From: Faecousia sp.
Lineage (GTDB): Bacteria; Bacillota; Clostridia; Oscillospirales; Oscillospiraceae
Length of the DNA: 64,000 nucleotides
Direction: 5' to 3'
Assembly: GCA_045635065.1 (NCBI GenBank)
Contig: JAZRBJ010000018.1
Span: forward strand, 676-64,675
A program made the translations under genes and the position numbers. The notes beneath the pieces are model-generated. The model was not told the origin of the DNA, did no database searches, and worked only from the letters and a program-made list of their open reading frames with translations. Below, in pieces: positions 1 to 8,568 of the stretch. The first letter of the stretch is position 1. The number at the start of each line of letters is the position of its first letter.

Positions 1-255
1 ATCTTTCAGATTTCTCGTTAGTTGATGCACGATTGCGCCAACCATTTCCAGGTGGCCCAATTCCTCCGTGCCGATGTCTGTTAAAAGCCCTTTTAATTCG
101 TCAAAGGGCATGGAATAACGCTGAGAAAGATAACGCAGGGAAGCGCCAAGCTCTCCATCAGGGCCGCCATATTGGGATATGATAATTGATGCAAGTTTAG
201 GATTGGGTTTGTCAATTTTTACGGGGTACTGAAGCTTTTTATCATAAATAAACAT
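1..255 (-). CDS. cotJC: Spore coat protein CotJC (Mn-catalase family), 5' part; runs off the window edge
   Basis: Not in the ORF track. Manual translation from ATG at 255 gives MFIYDKKLQYPVKIDKPNPKLASIIISQYGGPDGELGASLRYLSQ...DIGTEELGHLEMV. RBS AAGGAGG upstream; lies directly after cotJB. Confidence 0.93.
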   Translation of the reverse strand, partial: MFIYDKKLQYPVKIDKPNPKLASIIISQYGGPDGELGASLRYLSQRYSMPFDELKGLLTDIGTEELGHLEMVGAIVHQLTRNLKD

Positions 256-258
256 GAA

Positions 259-702
259 TTATACCTCCTTGTTTTTGCTGTATTCCCAAGGCCACGGATC
301 ATCAAGCCAACGATATTTACCTTTGGAAAGCTCTCGATGGTTTAATGGGCCAATTTCTTCGGAATACTTTTTCATGCATTCTTGGTACATTTTTTGATAG
401 GCTTGATATAATTCAACCGCTTCCATATCATCCCGATGCGTATCCAGGTAAAGAGCTAATTCTTGAATGGCAAAGGCAAGTACCTGCAATTCTGTTGTGG
501 GAGTGATAGGTTTTTCACTATTATTGACCATTCCCATAAATGGTAGATCCAGTCCGGGGAACAGAGTTCCTCTAACAAGGCCAAATCTTGCTTCATATTT
601 GGGAGGATTGTCTAACTGAAAGGGAACATAGGGGTTTGCAAGAGGCGCCATTGCCGGCAATTTTCCCTCTTTTCCTGTTTCACGTTGATTTATTTGATTC
701 AA
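259..702 (-). CDS. cotJB: CotJA-CotJB fusion spore coat protein
   Basis: N-terminal LANPYVPFQ...GTLFPGLDLPF (CotJA motif) followed by LALYLDTH...GPL...WLDDPWPWE (CotJB). TTG start with AAGGAGG RBS. Confidence 0.85.
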   Translation of the reverse strand: MNQINQRETGKEGKLPAMAPLANPYVPFQLDNPPKYEARFGLVRGTLFPGLDLPFMGMVNNSEKPITPTTELQVLAFAIQELALYLDTHRDDMEAVELYQAYQKMYQECMKKYSEEIGPLNHRELSKGKYRWLDDPWPWEYSKNKEV

Positions 703-744
703 GGCCGATTCCTCCTTAAGAATTTTAGAACTGTGTCGTTCCGT

Positions 745-801
745 GTCATTCTATGTAAAAACATAGGAATTGGTTCATATCATATAATTTACACATAAGT
801 T
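745..801. promoter_or_regulatory. Divergent sigma-E-like sporulation promoters for cotJ (minus) and the amidase (plus)
   Basis: Plus strand TTCATATC...CATAAGTT; minus strand -10 CATAGAAT. cotJ and cwlD are sigma-E genes in Bacillus subtilis. Confidence 0.45.
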
Positions 802-821
802 TATAGGGGAGGGGATTATCC

Positions 822-1541
822 TTGAAATATAAATTAACATGGGCAACCATGATACCGATCTATTTAACTGTTTTTATTGTGTGCTTATGCATTACTGTAA
901 CAGGAAGTAAAATTGTAACCATTTTCGCTGAGAATACGCAGTTACCGGATAGAACCTGCATAATAATTGATGCAGGTCATGGCGGTGTGGATGGGGGAGC
1001 CACTTCATGTACCGGTGTACTTGAGAGTCAATTTAATCTTGAAATTGCAATTCGACTGAATGATCTGCTTAGGCTGTTGGGATATCCGACGCAAATGATT
1101 CGTGAAACCGATATATCTGTTTACACGGAAGGTCAGACCATAGCGGCTAAAAAGGTATCTGATTTGAAAAACAGAGTAAATACAGTAAATCAGACTAAAA
1201 ATGCATTGTTAGTCAGTATTCATCAAAATTACTTTGTTCAGAATCAATACAGCGGTGCGCAGGTGTTCTATCCAAACAATGATGAAAGTAAATTGCTGGC
1301 AACAGAGTTGCAGAAACAGTTAATAGCAAGTCTAAATACGGGCAGCCAACGGAAAGCAAAAAAAGCAAGTGGAATCTACTTAATGGATCATATTAAAACC
1401 ACAGGTATTCTGTTAGAGTGCGGATTTATTTCCAATCCCGTTGAGGAAGCGAGATTGAGAGATTCAACTTATCAAAAACAGCTATGTTGTGTTATTTCTT
1501 CAGTTCTGAGCAATTTTCTTGACCGAAGGTATGTTGGTTGA
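822..1541 (+). CDS. cwlD: N-acetylmuramoyl-L-alanine amidase (Amidase_3, CwlD-like)
   Basis: N-terminal TM segment; IIDAGHGGVDGGA, SIHQN and LLECGFISN zinc-amidase motifs. Confidence 0.8.
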   Translation: MKYKLTWATMIPIYLTVFIVCLCITVTGSKIVTIFAENTQLPDRTCIIIDAGHGGVDGGATSCTGVLESQFNLEIAIRLNDLLRLLGYPTQMIRETDISVYTEGQTIAAKKVSDLKNRVNTVNQTKNALLVSIHQNYFVQNQYSGAQVFYPNNDESKLLATELQKQLIASLNTGSQRKAKKASGIYLMDHIKTTGILLECGFISNPVEEARLRDSTYQKQLCCVISSVLSNFLDRRYVG

Positions 1542-1547
1542 TATAAT
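1519..1547 (+). promoter_or_regulatory. Sigma-A promoter for radA
   Basis: TTGACC-17 bp-TATAAT. Confidence 0.7.
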
Positions 1548-1575
1548 AACAGTATACTAACAGGAGGAAACAAAC

Positions 1576-2934
1576 ATGGCAAAAACAAAAACCGTTTATT
1601 ACTGTACATCCTGCGGAAACGATACGCCCAAGTGGCAGGGTAAATGTCCTGCCTGCGGAGAATGGAATACCTTGGTAGAACATACGGAAAGCAATCATGT
1701 TGCCAAGGGTAATTTGGGCAGGGGAGAAGAACAACGAAAGGCGCAATCCGTTTCTGAGCTTGTGTGTGGCTCGGAGAGCCGTTTTACAACCGGCATTCAT
1801 GAACTGAATCGTGTTTTGGGTGGCGGGGCTGTAGAAGGCAGTCTGGTCCTTGTGGGTGGTGCGCCGGGAATTGGAAAATCCACCTTGCTTCTCCAAATTT
1901 GCAACCAGCTTTGCGCAGAAAAAACGGTTTTGTATGTTTCCGGTGAAGAAAGCGAATCTCAAATTAAGATGCGCGCCAGCAGATTAAATGTGAATGCACA
2001 GTCGCTGTATGTTCTTTCTGAAACAAGATTAACTGATGTGCTGGGGTCTGTAGATGATTTGAAACCGGATGTGCTGATTGTTGACTCCATTCAAACCTTA
2101 TATTGTGATGACAATGAATCTTCCCCCGGCAGTGTTTCTCAGGTTAAGGATTGCACAATGGCGCTGATGCGTCTATCCAAGACTTTTGGAATTACCGTAT
2201 TTGTGGTTGGCCATATTAATAAAGACGGGAATATTGCCGGTCCAAAGGTTTTGGAGCACATGGTTGATTGTGTTTTATACTTTGAAGGTGATCCCAACAG
2301 TGCATACAGGCTTTTGCGTGCAGCAAAAAACCGTTTTGGATCTACCAATGAAATTGGCGTGTTTGAAATGAAGAATACGGGTCTTGTGGAAGTGCCCAAT
2401 CCTTCTCAAATGCTTCTTTCCGGTAGACCGGAAGGTGCCTCCGGAACCTGTGTTGCCTGTGTTATGGAAGGTACTAGACCCATTTTGGCTGAAGTACAAG
2501 CGTTGGTCGCCAAGTCTGCATTTAATGTACCCAGAAGAACATCGGATGGATTTGACTATAATCGTGCTGCATTGCTCCTGGCCGTTGCAGAAAAAAGAGC
2601 CGGTGTAAAGCTGAGTGATTTTGATGCCTACATTAATGTAATCGGCGGCTTGCAATTGGATGAACCCGGCGCTGATTTACCTATAATCCTTGCGGTTGTA
2701 TCCTCCTACAGGGATGCTGTGATTCCGGGAGATTTGATTGCCGTTGGAGAAGTTGGATTGACAGGGGAAATAAGAGGCGTTTCCAACATGGAGCAAAGGC
2801 TTGCGGAAGCAGCCAGATTGGGATTTACGAAATGTATCATTCCAAAATTCGGTACTGATAAAATAGCAATTCCCACAGGGATGAATGTTTTTCGCGTTCG
2901 AAACCTACGGGAAGCCATTGAAATTGCTATGTAA
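1576..2934 (+). CDS. radA: DNA repair protein RadA/Sms
   Basis: C4 zinc finger (CTSC..CPAC), Walker A GAPGIGKST, KNRFG motif, Lon-like C-terminus. Confidence 0.98.
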   Translation: MAKTKTVYYCTSCGNDTPKWQGKCPACGEWNTLVEHTESNHVAKGNLGRGEEQRKAQSVSELVCGSESRFTTGIHELNRVLGGGAVEGSLVLVGGAPGIGKSTLLLQICNQLCAEKTVLYVSGEESESQIKMRASRLNVNAQSLYVLSETRLTDVLGSVDDLKPDVLIVDSIQTLYCDDNESSPGSVSQVKDCTMALMRLSKTFGITVFVVGHINKDGNIAGPKVLEHMVDCVLYFEGDPNSAYRLLRAAKNRFGSTNEIGVFEMKNTGLVEVPNPSQMLLSGRPEGASGTCVACVMEGTRPILAEVQALVAKSAFNVPRRTSDGFDYNRAALLLAVAEKRAGVKLSDFDAYINVIGGLQLDEPGADLPIILAVVSSYRDAVIPGDLIAVGEVGLTGEIRGVSNMEQRLAEAARLGFTKCIIPKFGTDKIAIPTGMNVFRVRNLREAIEIAM

Positions 2935-3052
2935 TTGGTTCATAGTGTAAACCATCAGTTTAGTTACATCAAAATACCCGCCATTGTAAATTAATCCGGG
3001 CCTGTTATGATTCAAATAACGGGCCCGGAGCGCATTATATAGGAGATTATGT

Positions 3053-4087
3053 ATGGAAATTGGAAAACAAATTAAAGATCTGCGGCAACGTAGAGGCATA
3101 ACCCAGGAAGATATGGCACAGCAGCTTGGTATTACGGCACAGGCTGTCAGCAAGTGGGAGAGGGGAGTGACTGCACCGGATATTGCTCTGCTGCCGGATA
3201 TTTCCGCTTATTTTGGTGTGAGTATTGACGAGTTATTTGCGCTTTCAGACGAAACACGGATGGAGCGGATTCAAAATATGCTTTGGGATGTTCGCTATCT
3301 ACCCCAAGCAGATGTAGATGCTTCCCGTGAATTTCTGCTAGAGAAAGCAAAACGGGAACCGAACAACGGTAGACCCTTAGAGCTGCTGGCGGATATGGAG
3401 AATCATATTGCCCGAGAGCATCAGTCTAAAGCAGCCGAATATGCTATGAAAGCGCTCCGGCGGGATCCATCGCTGCGTAATGCATATGGTGAATTGATTT
3501 ATGGAATGAACGGCAAAATTGCTGACTGGAACGGAGCCAGTCATTATCAACTTATTGATTTTTATGAAGGCTTTATCAAGGAGCATCCCGATTGTAGAAA
3601 TGCGTATTTAGACATCATGGATCAGCTGCTTGATGATTATCGGATTGAGGAAGCAAGAATCTATTGCTCTAAACTTGCAGAATTTGATCATAGCTATCGG
3701 GTTTTACTTTATAAAGGTAAAATTGCCTGGCAGAACGGAAATCGAAATGAAGCTTTTTCGATATGGGCAGATATGGAGAAAAAATTTCCAAACGAATGGT
3801 GTGTTTACCACAATATAGGTGATTATTTGCTTCGTGACGGACAAAATGAGAAGGTCGCGGCATACTATCGAAAGGCGATTGACATTCAAACAGCGCCCAG
3901 ATACACAGATCCATTTGAGGCACTTGCACAATTTTACGAACGAATCGGAGATTACAATGCTGCGATTTCCGTTTTGGAGGAGGATCTTGTGGTTTTTGAT
4001 AAGGAATGGGACTTTACCGATGGCGAGTCTGCGGATGTGATTCGCCGCGAAATAGCTCGATTAAAAAAGAAATCAGAAGATGAATAA
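3053..4087 (+). CDS. XRE-family HTH plus TPR-repeat transcriptional regulator
   Basis: N-terminal HTH_3 (LRQRRGITQEDMAQQLGITAQAVSKWERG..PD); helical TPR-like repeats (YHNIGDY..YYRKAI, ALAQFYERIGDYNAAISVLE). Confidence 0.85.
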   Translation: MEIGKQIKDLRQRRGITQEDMAQQLGITAQAVSKWERGVTAPDIALLPDISAYFGVSIDELFALSDETRMERIQNMLWDVRYLPQADVDASREFLLEKAKREPNNGRPLELLADMENHIAREHQSKAAEYAMKALRRDPSLRNAYGELIYGMNGKIADWNGASHYQLIDFYEGFIKEHPDCRNAYLDIMDQLLDDYRIEEARIYCSKLAEFDHSYRVLLYKGKIAWQNGNRNEAFSIWADMEKKFPNEWCVYHNIGDYLLRDGQNEKVAAYYRKAIDIQTAPRYTDPFEALAQFYERIGDYNAAISVLEEDLVVFDKEWDFTDGESADVIRREIARLKKKSEDE

Positions 4088-4089
4088 GG

Positions 4090-4117
4090 ATGGGGCAGCG
4101 CTAAGCTGCCCCGTTTG
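4090..4117 (+). terminator. Intrinsic terminator between convergent HTH-TPR gene and xerC
   Basis: GGGGCAGC-gctaa-GCTGCCCC hairpin followed by GTTT. Confidence 0.7.
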
Positions 4118-4118
4118 C

Positions 4119-5120
4119 TTATTCATCCGTAAAATCCAATTTGGAGAGGGGATTTGCCTCTGCTGCAATCTTAAGCTCTGTATTTTCAATGTGGGTATAA
4201 ATCTGTGTTGTATTCAGATTTTCGTGTCCCAGTACCTCTTGCACAGTCTTTACATCCACACCACCGGATAGCATCATGGTTGCGGCGGTATGGCGGAGTT
4301 TATGAGCGGAAAATTGCGTGGAATCCAAGCCTGCCTGCAGCAATGCTTTCTTTACCAGACGATGAACTGCAGTTACGCTGATTCTGTTATTATCTCTAGA
4401 GCCAAAAAGCGCCCGATTATCAGTTAAAACCTTTTTGTTTCGCTCCGGAAGATAGGCATCAATTGCCTTTCTGCATGCGGTTCCAAAATATACAAAGCGC
4501 TCTTTATTACCTTTACCGACCACGCGGATACGATCTTCATATACATCTGTTAAATTAAGTCCTACCAATTCACTGCGACGAATGCCACAGTTGAGAAACA
4601 GCATAAGGATCGCATAATCCCGCTTTTCGTTTTGTCCCTCCACACTGCGCAGTAGGGCAGAGGACTGTTCCAAAGTCAGGTATCTGGGCAAGCTTTTTCT
4701 TAGTTTTGGATATTCCAGTTCTGCAACCGGATTTTCCTCTAATTGTTTTGTTCGTATGGTTAAGTATTTAAAGAATGATTTAATGGCAGAAAGTTTTCTG
4801 GATCTGGAAGCCGGTTCTATCCCAAAATCCGTTACCGTGGATTCCGGGTTTAAAGGACGGTCGTTTGCAAGATATGATAGAAAATCAAAAACATCTGATG
4901 TTGTGATTCCTTTGATAAAATCCAGATCAATATCTTTAATAGGAATATCTTCAAGAGGCGTATTCATGGGCATATCATTGCGCATAAGCCTGATAAAACG
5001 CAGGAACATCCTTAGGTCCAGGTAGTATTCCGAGATTGTGCGGGGTGATTGCCCTTTGATATTTTCATGATAAGTTAGAAAATCACGCAATATTTGAGGT
5101 ATATCTGTGTATTTTTTCAT
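4119..5120 (-). CDS. xerC: Tyrosine recombinase, clostridial XerC type
   Basis: Catalytic R (GIRRSEL), K (GKGNKER), HxxR (HKLRHT), LGH and Y (TQIYTH). ATG at 5120 with GGAGG RBS. Confidence 0.85.
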   Translation of the reverse strand: MKKYTDIPQILRDFLTYHENIKGQSPRTISEYYLDLRMFLRFIRLMRNDMPMNTPLEDIPIKDIDLDFIKGITTSDVFDFLSYLANDRPLNPESTVTDFGIEPASRSRKLSAIKSFFKYLTIRTKQLEENPVAELEYPKLRKSLPRYLTLEQSSALLRSVEGQNEKRDYAILMLFLNCGIRRSELVGLNLTDVYEDRIRVVGKGNKERFVYFGTACRKAIDAYLPERNKKVLTDNRALFGSRDNNRISVTAVHRLVKKALLQAGLDSTQFSAHKLRHTAATMMLSGGVDVKTVQEVLGHENLNTTQIYTHIENTELKIAAEANPLSKLDFTDE

Positions 5121-5596
5121 TAAAAAGTCCTCCAAAAGTATGTTTGAATTATTAGTACAATTATATACGAACAAATGTGCAATTGCTAAATTATCATACT
5201 ATCAACCGGGGCGAGGTATAATATGTCGGTTTGTATCAATTTATGAGATTTTCGCTGATTGCGGGAAATATGGTGATTGCACCGGATTATTCATTAGGTG
5301 AGCCAGGTTAAGAATTTATGCAACAGTGATGAATTGACGAAATTATGCGGTTCTATAGAAATGTATTGTATGTCTTCACTTGGAACAATATAATTATTAT
5401 ATAAATCAGAAGATGATTTTAAACTAAAATAATATAGGTAGCTGGATGATCTGCGTAATGTATTCAAATATTACATTTTTATTTATAATTTGTATCAAAT
5501 AAAAATACTGCAGGCGATCCTGGCAAAACAAGGCGAAAAATAGGCCCGTGCATACCTATAAACCTATCTTGGCATTATTATAGCATAAACTTACCG

Positions 5597-5630
5597 CGAA
5601 CGCAACAAAATTTTTATTTTGTTGCGTTCG
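5597..5630. repeat. Perfect 15-bp inverted repeat
   Basis: CGAACGCAACAAAAT-tttt-ATTTTGTTGCGTTCG. Confidence 0.9.
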
Positions 5631-5721
5631 TTATGTTTAACCGTATATTATAAGCCTACAGCGATAATTTCTGCCTTTCGCTTCCCTCTTGCTAAAGCAA
5701 GGAATTAAATTCCGAAATATC

Positions 5722-5750
5722 TTTACTTTTACAGCAAATATATGTAAAAT
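5722..5750 (+). promoter_or_regulatory. Sigma-A promoter for pfkA
   Basis: TTTACT-17 bp-TAAAAT. Confidence 0.5.
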
Positions 5751-5780
5751 AATATTATCTTGTTCCCGGAGGAAATTACT

Positions 5781-6752
5781 ATGAGCATAAAAAGAATTGG
5801 AGTATTAACGAGCGGCGGTGATGCGCCCGGCATGAATGCATGTGTTCGCGCTGTTGTCCGTACTGCCCTACACCATGGTGTGGAGTGTTACGGTATTCGC
5901 CGCGGATATAACGGTCTGATCACCGGTGATATCATTCGTATGGATGAAAATAGCATTGCTCATATTATTAATCGCGGCGGTACTGTGCTTCGTACCGCCC
6001 GCAGTAAGGAGTTTATGACCGAAGAAGGTCAGCGCAAAGCGGTTTCTACCTGCAGATTTCTCGGGTTGGAAGGTATTATTGCCATCGGCGGTGACGGTAC
6101 TTTCCGCGGTGCCAAAGCCCTTTCCCAGTATGGTATCAATGTAGTTTGTATTCCCGCAACCATCGACAATGATATCTGTTGCACAAATTACTGCATCGGT
6201 TTTGATACTGCAGCCAATACCGCCATCGAATGTATCGATAAACTGCGCGACACCATGCAATCCCACGAAAGATGCTCTGTAGTTGAGGTTATGGGCCGTA
6301 ATGCTGGCTTCCTCGCTATGTATGTGGGCCTGGCTGTTGGCGCTACTGCAGTTCTGGTTCCGGAAGATCCTTTTGATTTTGAACGTGATGTGATTGAAAA
6401 AATTCGGCAAGCCAGATTAAACGGCTTTACCCACTATATGATCGTTGTTGCTGAAGGCGTAGGCTCTGCCGCAGATATTGCAAAACAAATCAAGGAAACC
6501 ATCGATCTGGATCCCCGCGTTACCGTTCTTGGTCATATTCAGCGTGGTGGCTGCCCTACCGGTCGAGATCGCGTGAATGCGACCAAAATGGGATTCCTAG
6601 CAGTTGAGCTGCTTCTGGAAGGCAAGACAAACCGGATTGTTTGCACCAACGAAGGAAGTTATGTTGATATTGATATCGAGCAAGGCTTGGAAATGAAAAA
6701 AGGCATTCAGAAGATGGAAGTCGATGTTCTTAGCGCTATGACAGGTATCTAA
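5781..6752 (+). CDS. pfkA: ATP-dependent 6-phosphofructokinase
   Basis: TSGGDAPGMN, GGDGT, TIDND, EVMGR and LGHIQRGG motifs; RBS GGAGG before ATG 5781. Confidence 0.97.
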   Translation: MSIKRIGVLTSGGDAPGMNACVRAVVRTALHHGVECYGIRRGYNGLITGDIIRMDENSIAHIINRGGTVLRTARSKEFMTEEGQRKAVSTCRFLGLEGIIAIGGDGTFRGAKALSQYGINVVCIPATIDNDICCTNYCIGFDTAANTAIECIDKLRDTMQSHERCSVVEVMGRNAGFLAMYVGLAVGATAVLVPEDPFDFERDVIEKIRQARLNGFTHYMIVVAEGVGSAADIAKQIKETIDLDPRVTVLGHIQRGGCPTGRDRVNATKMGFLAVELLLEGKTNRIVCTNEGSYVDIDIEQGLEMKKGIQKMEVDVLSAMTGI

Positions 6753-6769
6753 CTCCCCTACTCTATAAT

Positions 6770-6808
6770 AAAAGACTGTCGATTCATTTGTGGATCGACA
6801 GTCTTTTT
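6770..6808. terminator. Bidirectional terminator pfkA/xerD
   Basis: AAAAGACTGTCGAT...ATCGACAGTCTTTTT. Confidence 0.85.
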
Positions 6809-7691
6809 ATGCCTTGGGGTGGCATTTTGCATATACAGATTTCAATTTCTGATTGATTAGTTGCGTGTACAGCTGAGTAGAAGAAATATCACTATGTCCC
6901 ATCAGTTCTTGCACAGAGCTTAGGTCGGCGCCGTTTTCCAGAAGATGTACTGCAAAGCTGTGACGCAGCGTGTGAGGCGTAATCTCCTTTTCGATGTGTG
7001 CCATGTTCTGATAGTGCTTCAAGATCTTCCAAAATCCCTGACGACTCATTCTAATGCCGTTAATATTTACAAATAGGGCTGTTTCCTTAGGATCAGATAC
7101 CAATGCGCTCCGGGCGTTATCCAGATAAGCATTCAATGCGCGCGTTGCGGCAGGATACAGAGGGATCATTCGCGTTTTCTTACCACCGCTGCATTTAATA
7201 ATACCAACATCCAGATTCACATCTGTCAGATCAAGCTTAATCAGTTCTGTAACACGAACACCAGTGGCGTACATGACCTCCAGCATTGCTTTGTCCCGGT
7301 AGCCCTTAGCATCCACGCAGGCAGGCTGAGCCAGAAGAAGCTCAATTTCACGACCGCATAAAATCTGGGGCTGTTTCTTCTCTCCCCTGGTAACATGAAT
7401 ATCTACTACAGGAGTGGATTCCAGAAAGCCGGTAGAAACAACATAAGAATAGAAATTCTTAAGGCTGGCTAAGGTACGGGAAACAGTTGCACCGGATCTG
7501 CCGCTGTTTTCCAGCTGGTCTAAGTAATGACTGATATTTAGTTGTGTAGCATCCACAACATCGATCTGCTCGGATTCCTTCAGCCATTGACTGAACTGAC
7601 GGATATCACGCATATATGATGAGATCGTGTTAGTTGATGCCTGTTTTACCTTTGTAAGGTAATTTTCATAGGCACGAACTAAATCCAACAT
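6807..7691 (-). CDS. xerD: Tyrosine recombinase XerD (RipX type)
   Basis: YATGVRVTEL, MSRQGFWKILK, TPHTLRHSFAVHLLENGADL, MGHSDISSTQLY and C-terminal HPKA. Confidence 0.92.
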   Translation of the reverse strand: MLDLVRAYENYLTKVKQASTNTISSYMRDIRQFSQWLKESEQIDVVDATQLNISHYLDQLENSGRSGATVSRTLASLKNFYSYVVSTGFLESTPVVDIHVTRGEKKQPQILCGREIELLLAQPACVDAKGYRDKAMLEVMYATGVRVTELIKLDLTDVNLDVGIIKCSGGKKTRMIPLYPAATRALNAYLDNARSALVSDPKETALFVNINGIRMSRQGFWKILKHYQNMAHIEKEITPHTLRHSFAVHLLENGADLSSVQELMGHSDISSTQLYTQLINQKLKSVYAKCHPKA

Positions 7692-7709
7692 AAAATGCGA
7701 CCCTTCCCC

Positions 7710-8225
7710 TTACGAATTAAATAATTGCGCCAAATAAGGCGAAATATAATGATAATCCAACAACCGAACAACAAAACACAGCGTTGCATAAATAATGAAA
7801 TTCTGATCAAAACATCTGCGGGCAGAATATCTATTCTTCATATAAAACAGTGCGCAAATAAAAAGAACCAGAAAATCAGAAAAAAGCAACAGGAAGCACA
7901 CAAGCCAATCTCCTGCGATAAACGTCATGCGTAGAGCCTGTAAAATCAAGCCGACACAAAATGTTTTAAAATAAAAATACAGGTAAACCGGCAGTGACCT
8001 TCTGTAATATGTTGAAACGGAAATCAGAAAAACAGGAAAAATCGCAATTAATAACGAAACGATCGACATGCGCCTTGAACTGGCAGCAAGCATCAAAGAA
8101 GAAATAGACGAAACAAGCTCTTGCGTTGCAAGAAAGCTTGAAGAATAACCGAGAATGAAAACTATAAAAACAATGTCCCAATTGGGATAACGAAAATGAT
8201 AGGAACCTCTTACTTTGTTGTACAT
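7710..8225 (-). CDS. Membrane protein, probably a divergent SpoIIM
   Basis: About 5 hydrophobic segments, C-terminal YISPYL, and position directly upstream of xerD as in Firmicutes spoIIM-xerD synteny. Confidence 0.5.
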   Translation of the reverse strand: MYNKVRGSYHFRYPNWDIVFIVFILGYSSSFLATQELVSSISSLMLAASSRRMSIVSLLIAIFPVFLISVSTYYRRSLPVYLYFYFKTFCVGLILQALRMTFIAGDWLVCFLLLFSDFLVLFICALFYMKNRYSARRCFDQNFIIYATLCFVVRLLDYHYISPYLAQLFNS

Positions 8226-8380
8226 GTAAACCCCTTACTGCATTCGTATAGATAAATGCACCGCAGCAGATATACATAACAAACACGTACAACGCAATAA
8301 TGCATGAATACTATACCTTAAAAACCCTTGAATTTCAAGCACTTTCAAACTTTTTATGTATTTTTGTAAATTATGCTGAT

Positions 8381-8408
8381 TTTTTATGTAAACATCATTA
8401 TGTAAACT
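8381..8408 (+). other. Candidate dif chromosome dimer resolution site
   Basis: TTTTTATGTAA-ACATCA-TTATGTAAACT; the right arm is identical to the B. subtilis dif XerD(RipX) arm; 11-6-11 layout. Confidence 0.5.
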
Positions 8409-8522
8409 TCAGTAACTGATTTTATTATTTTAACGCCATAAACGCCGTAAAATGCAATATGCTGTGCCGTTCTAAAGATAAGGCCACAAAATATAGAAAT
8501 GAATGAAATCCTGCATTTTCTT

Positions 8523-8560
8523 ACGAGTGAGTAAATATCATTTACCCACTCGCGTATTTT
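8523..8560. terminator. Terminator-like hairpin downstream of the TIGR04086-like gene
   Basis: CGAGTGAGTAAAT-atc-ATTTACCCACTCG, one mismatch. Confidence 0.55.
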
Positions 8561-8568
8561 TGTACAAT

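Noticed and set aside
769-2944. 12-bp direct repeat AATTGGTTCATA flanking the amidase and radA
   Set aside because: Plausibly chance in AT-rich DNA; the enclosed genes are core genes.
5345-5404. 19-codon ORF (MRFYRNVLYVFTWNNIIII) as a pheromone for the HTH-TPR protein
   Set aside because: No RBS, and xerC separates it from the regulator.
3053-7691. Two tyrosine recombinases plus an XRE regulator as a prophage, ICE or integron
   Set aside because: Both look like housekeeping Xer proteins, pfkA lies between them, and I saw no att repeats, cassette array or phage/conjugation genes.
8226-8568. Possible SCIFF (scfA) peptide gene after the TIGR04086-like gene
   Set aside because: No six-cysteine ORF found, and a terminator-like hairpin follows the gene directly.
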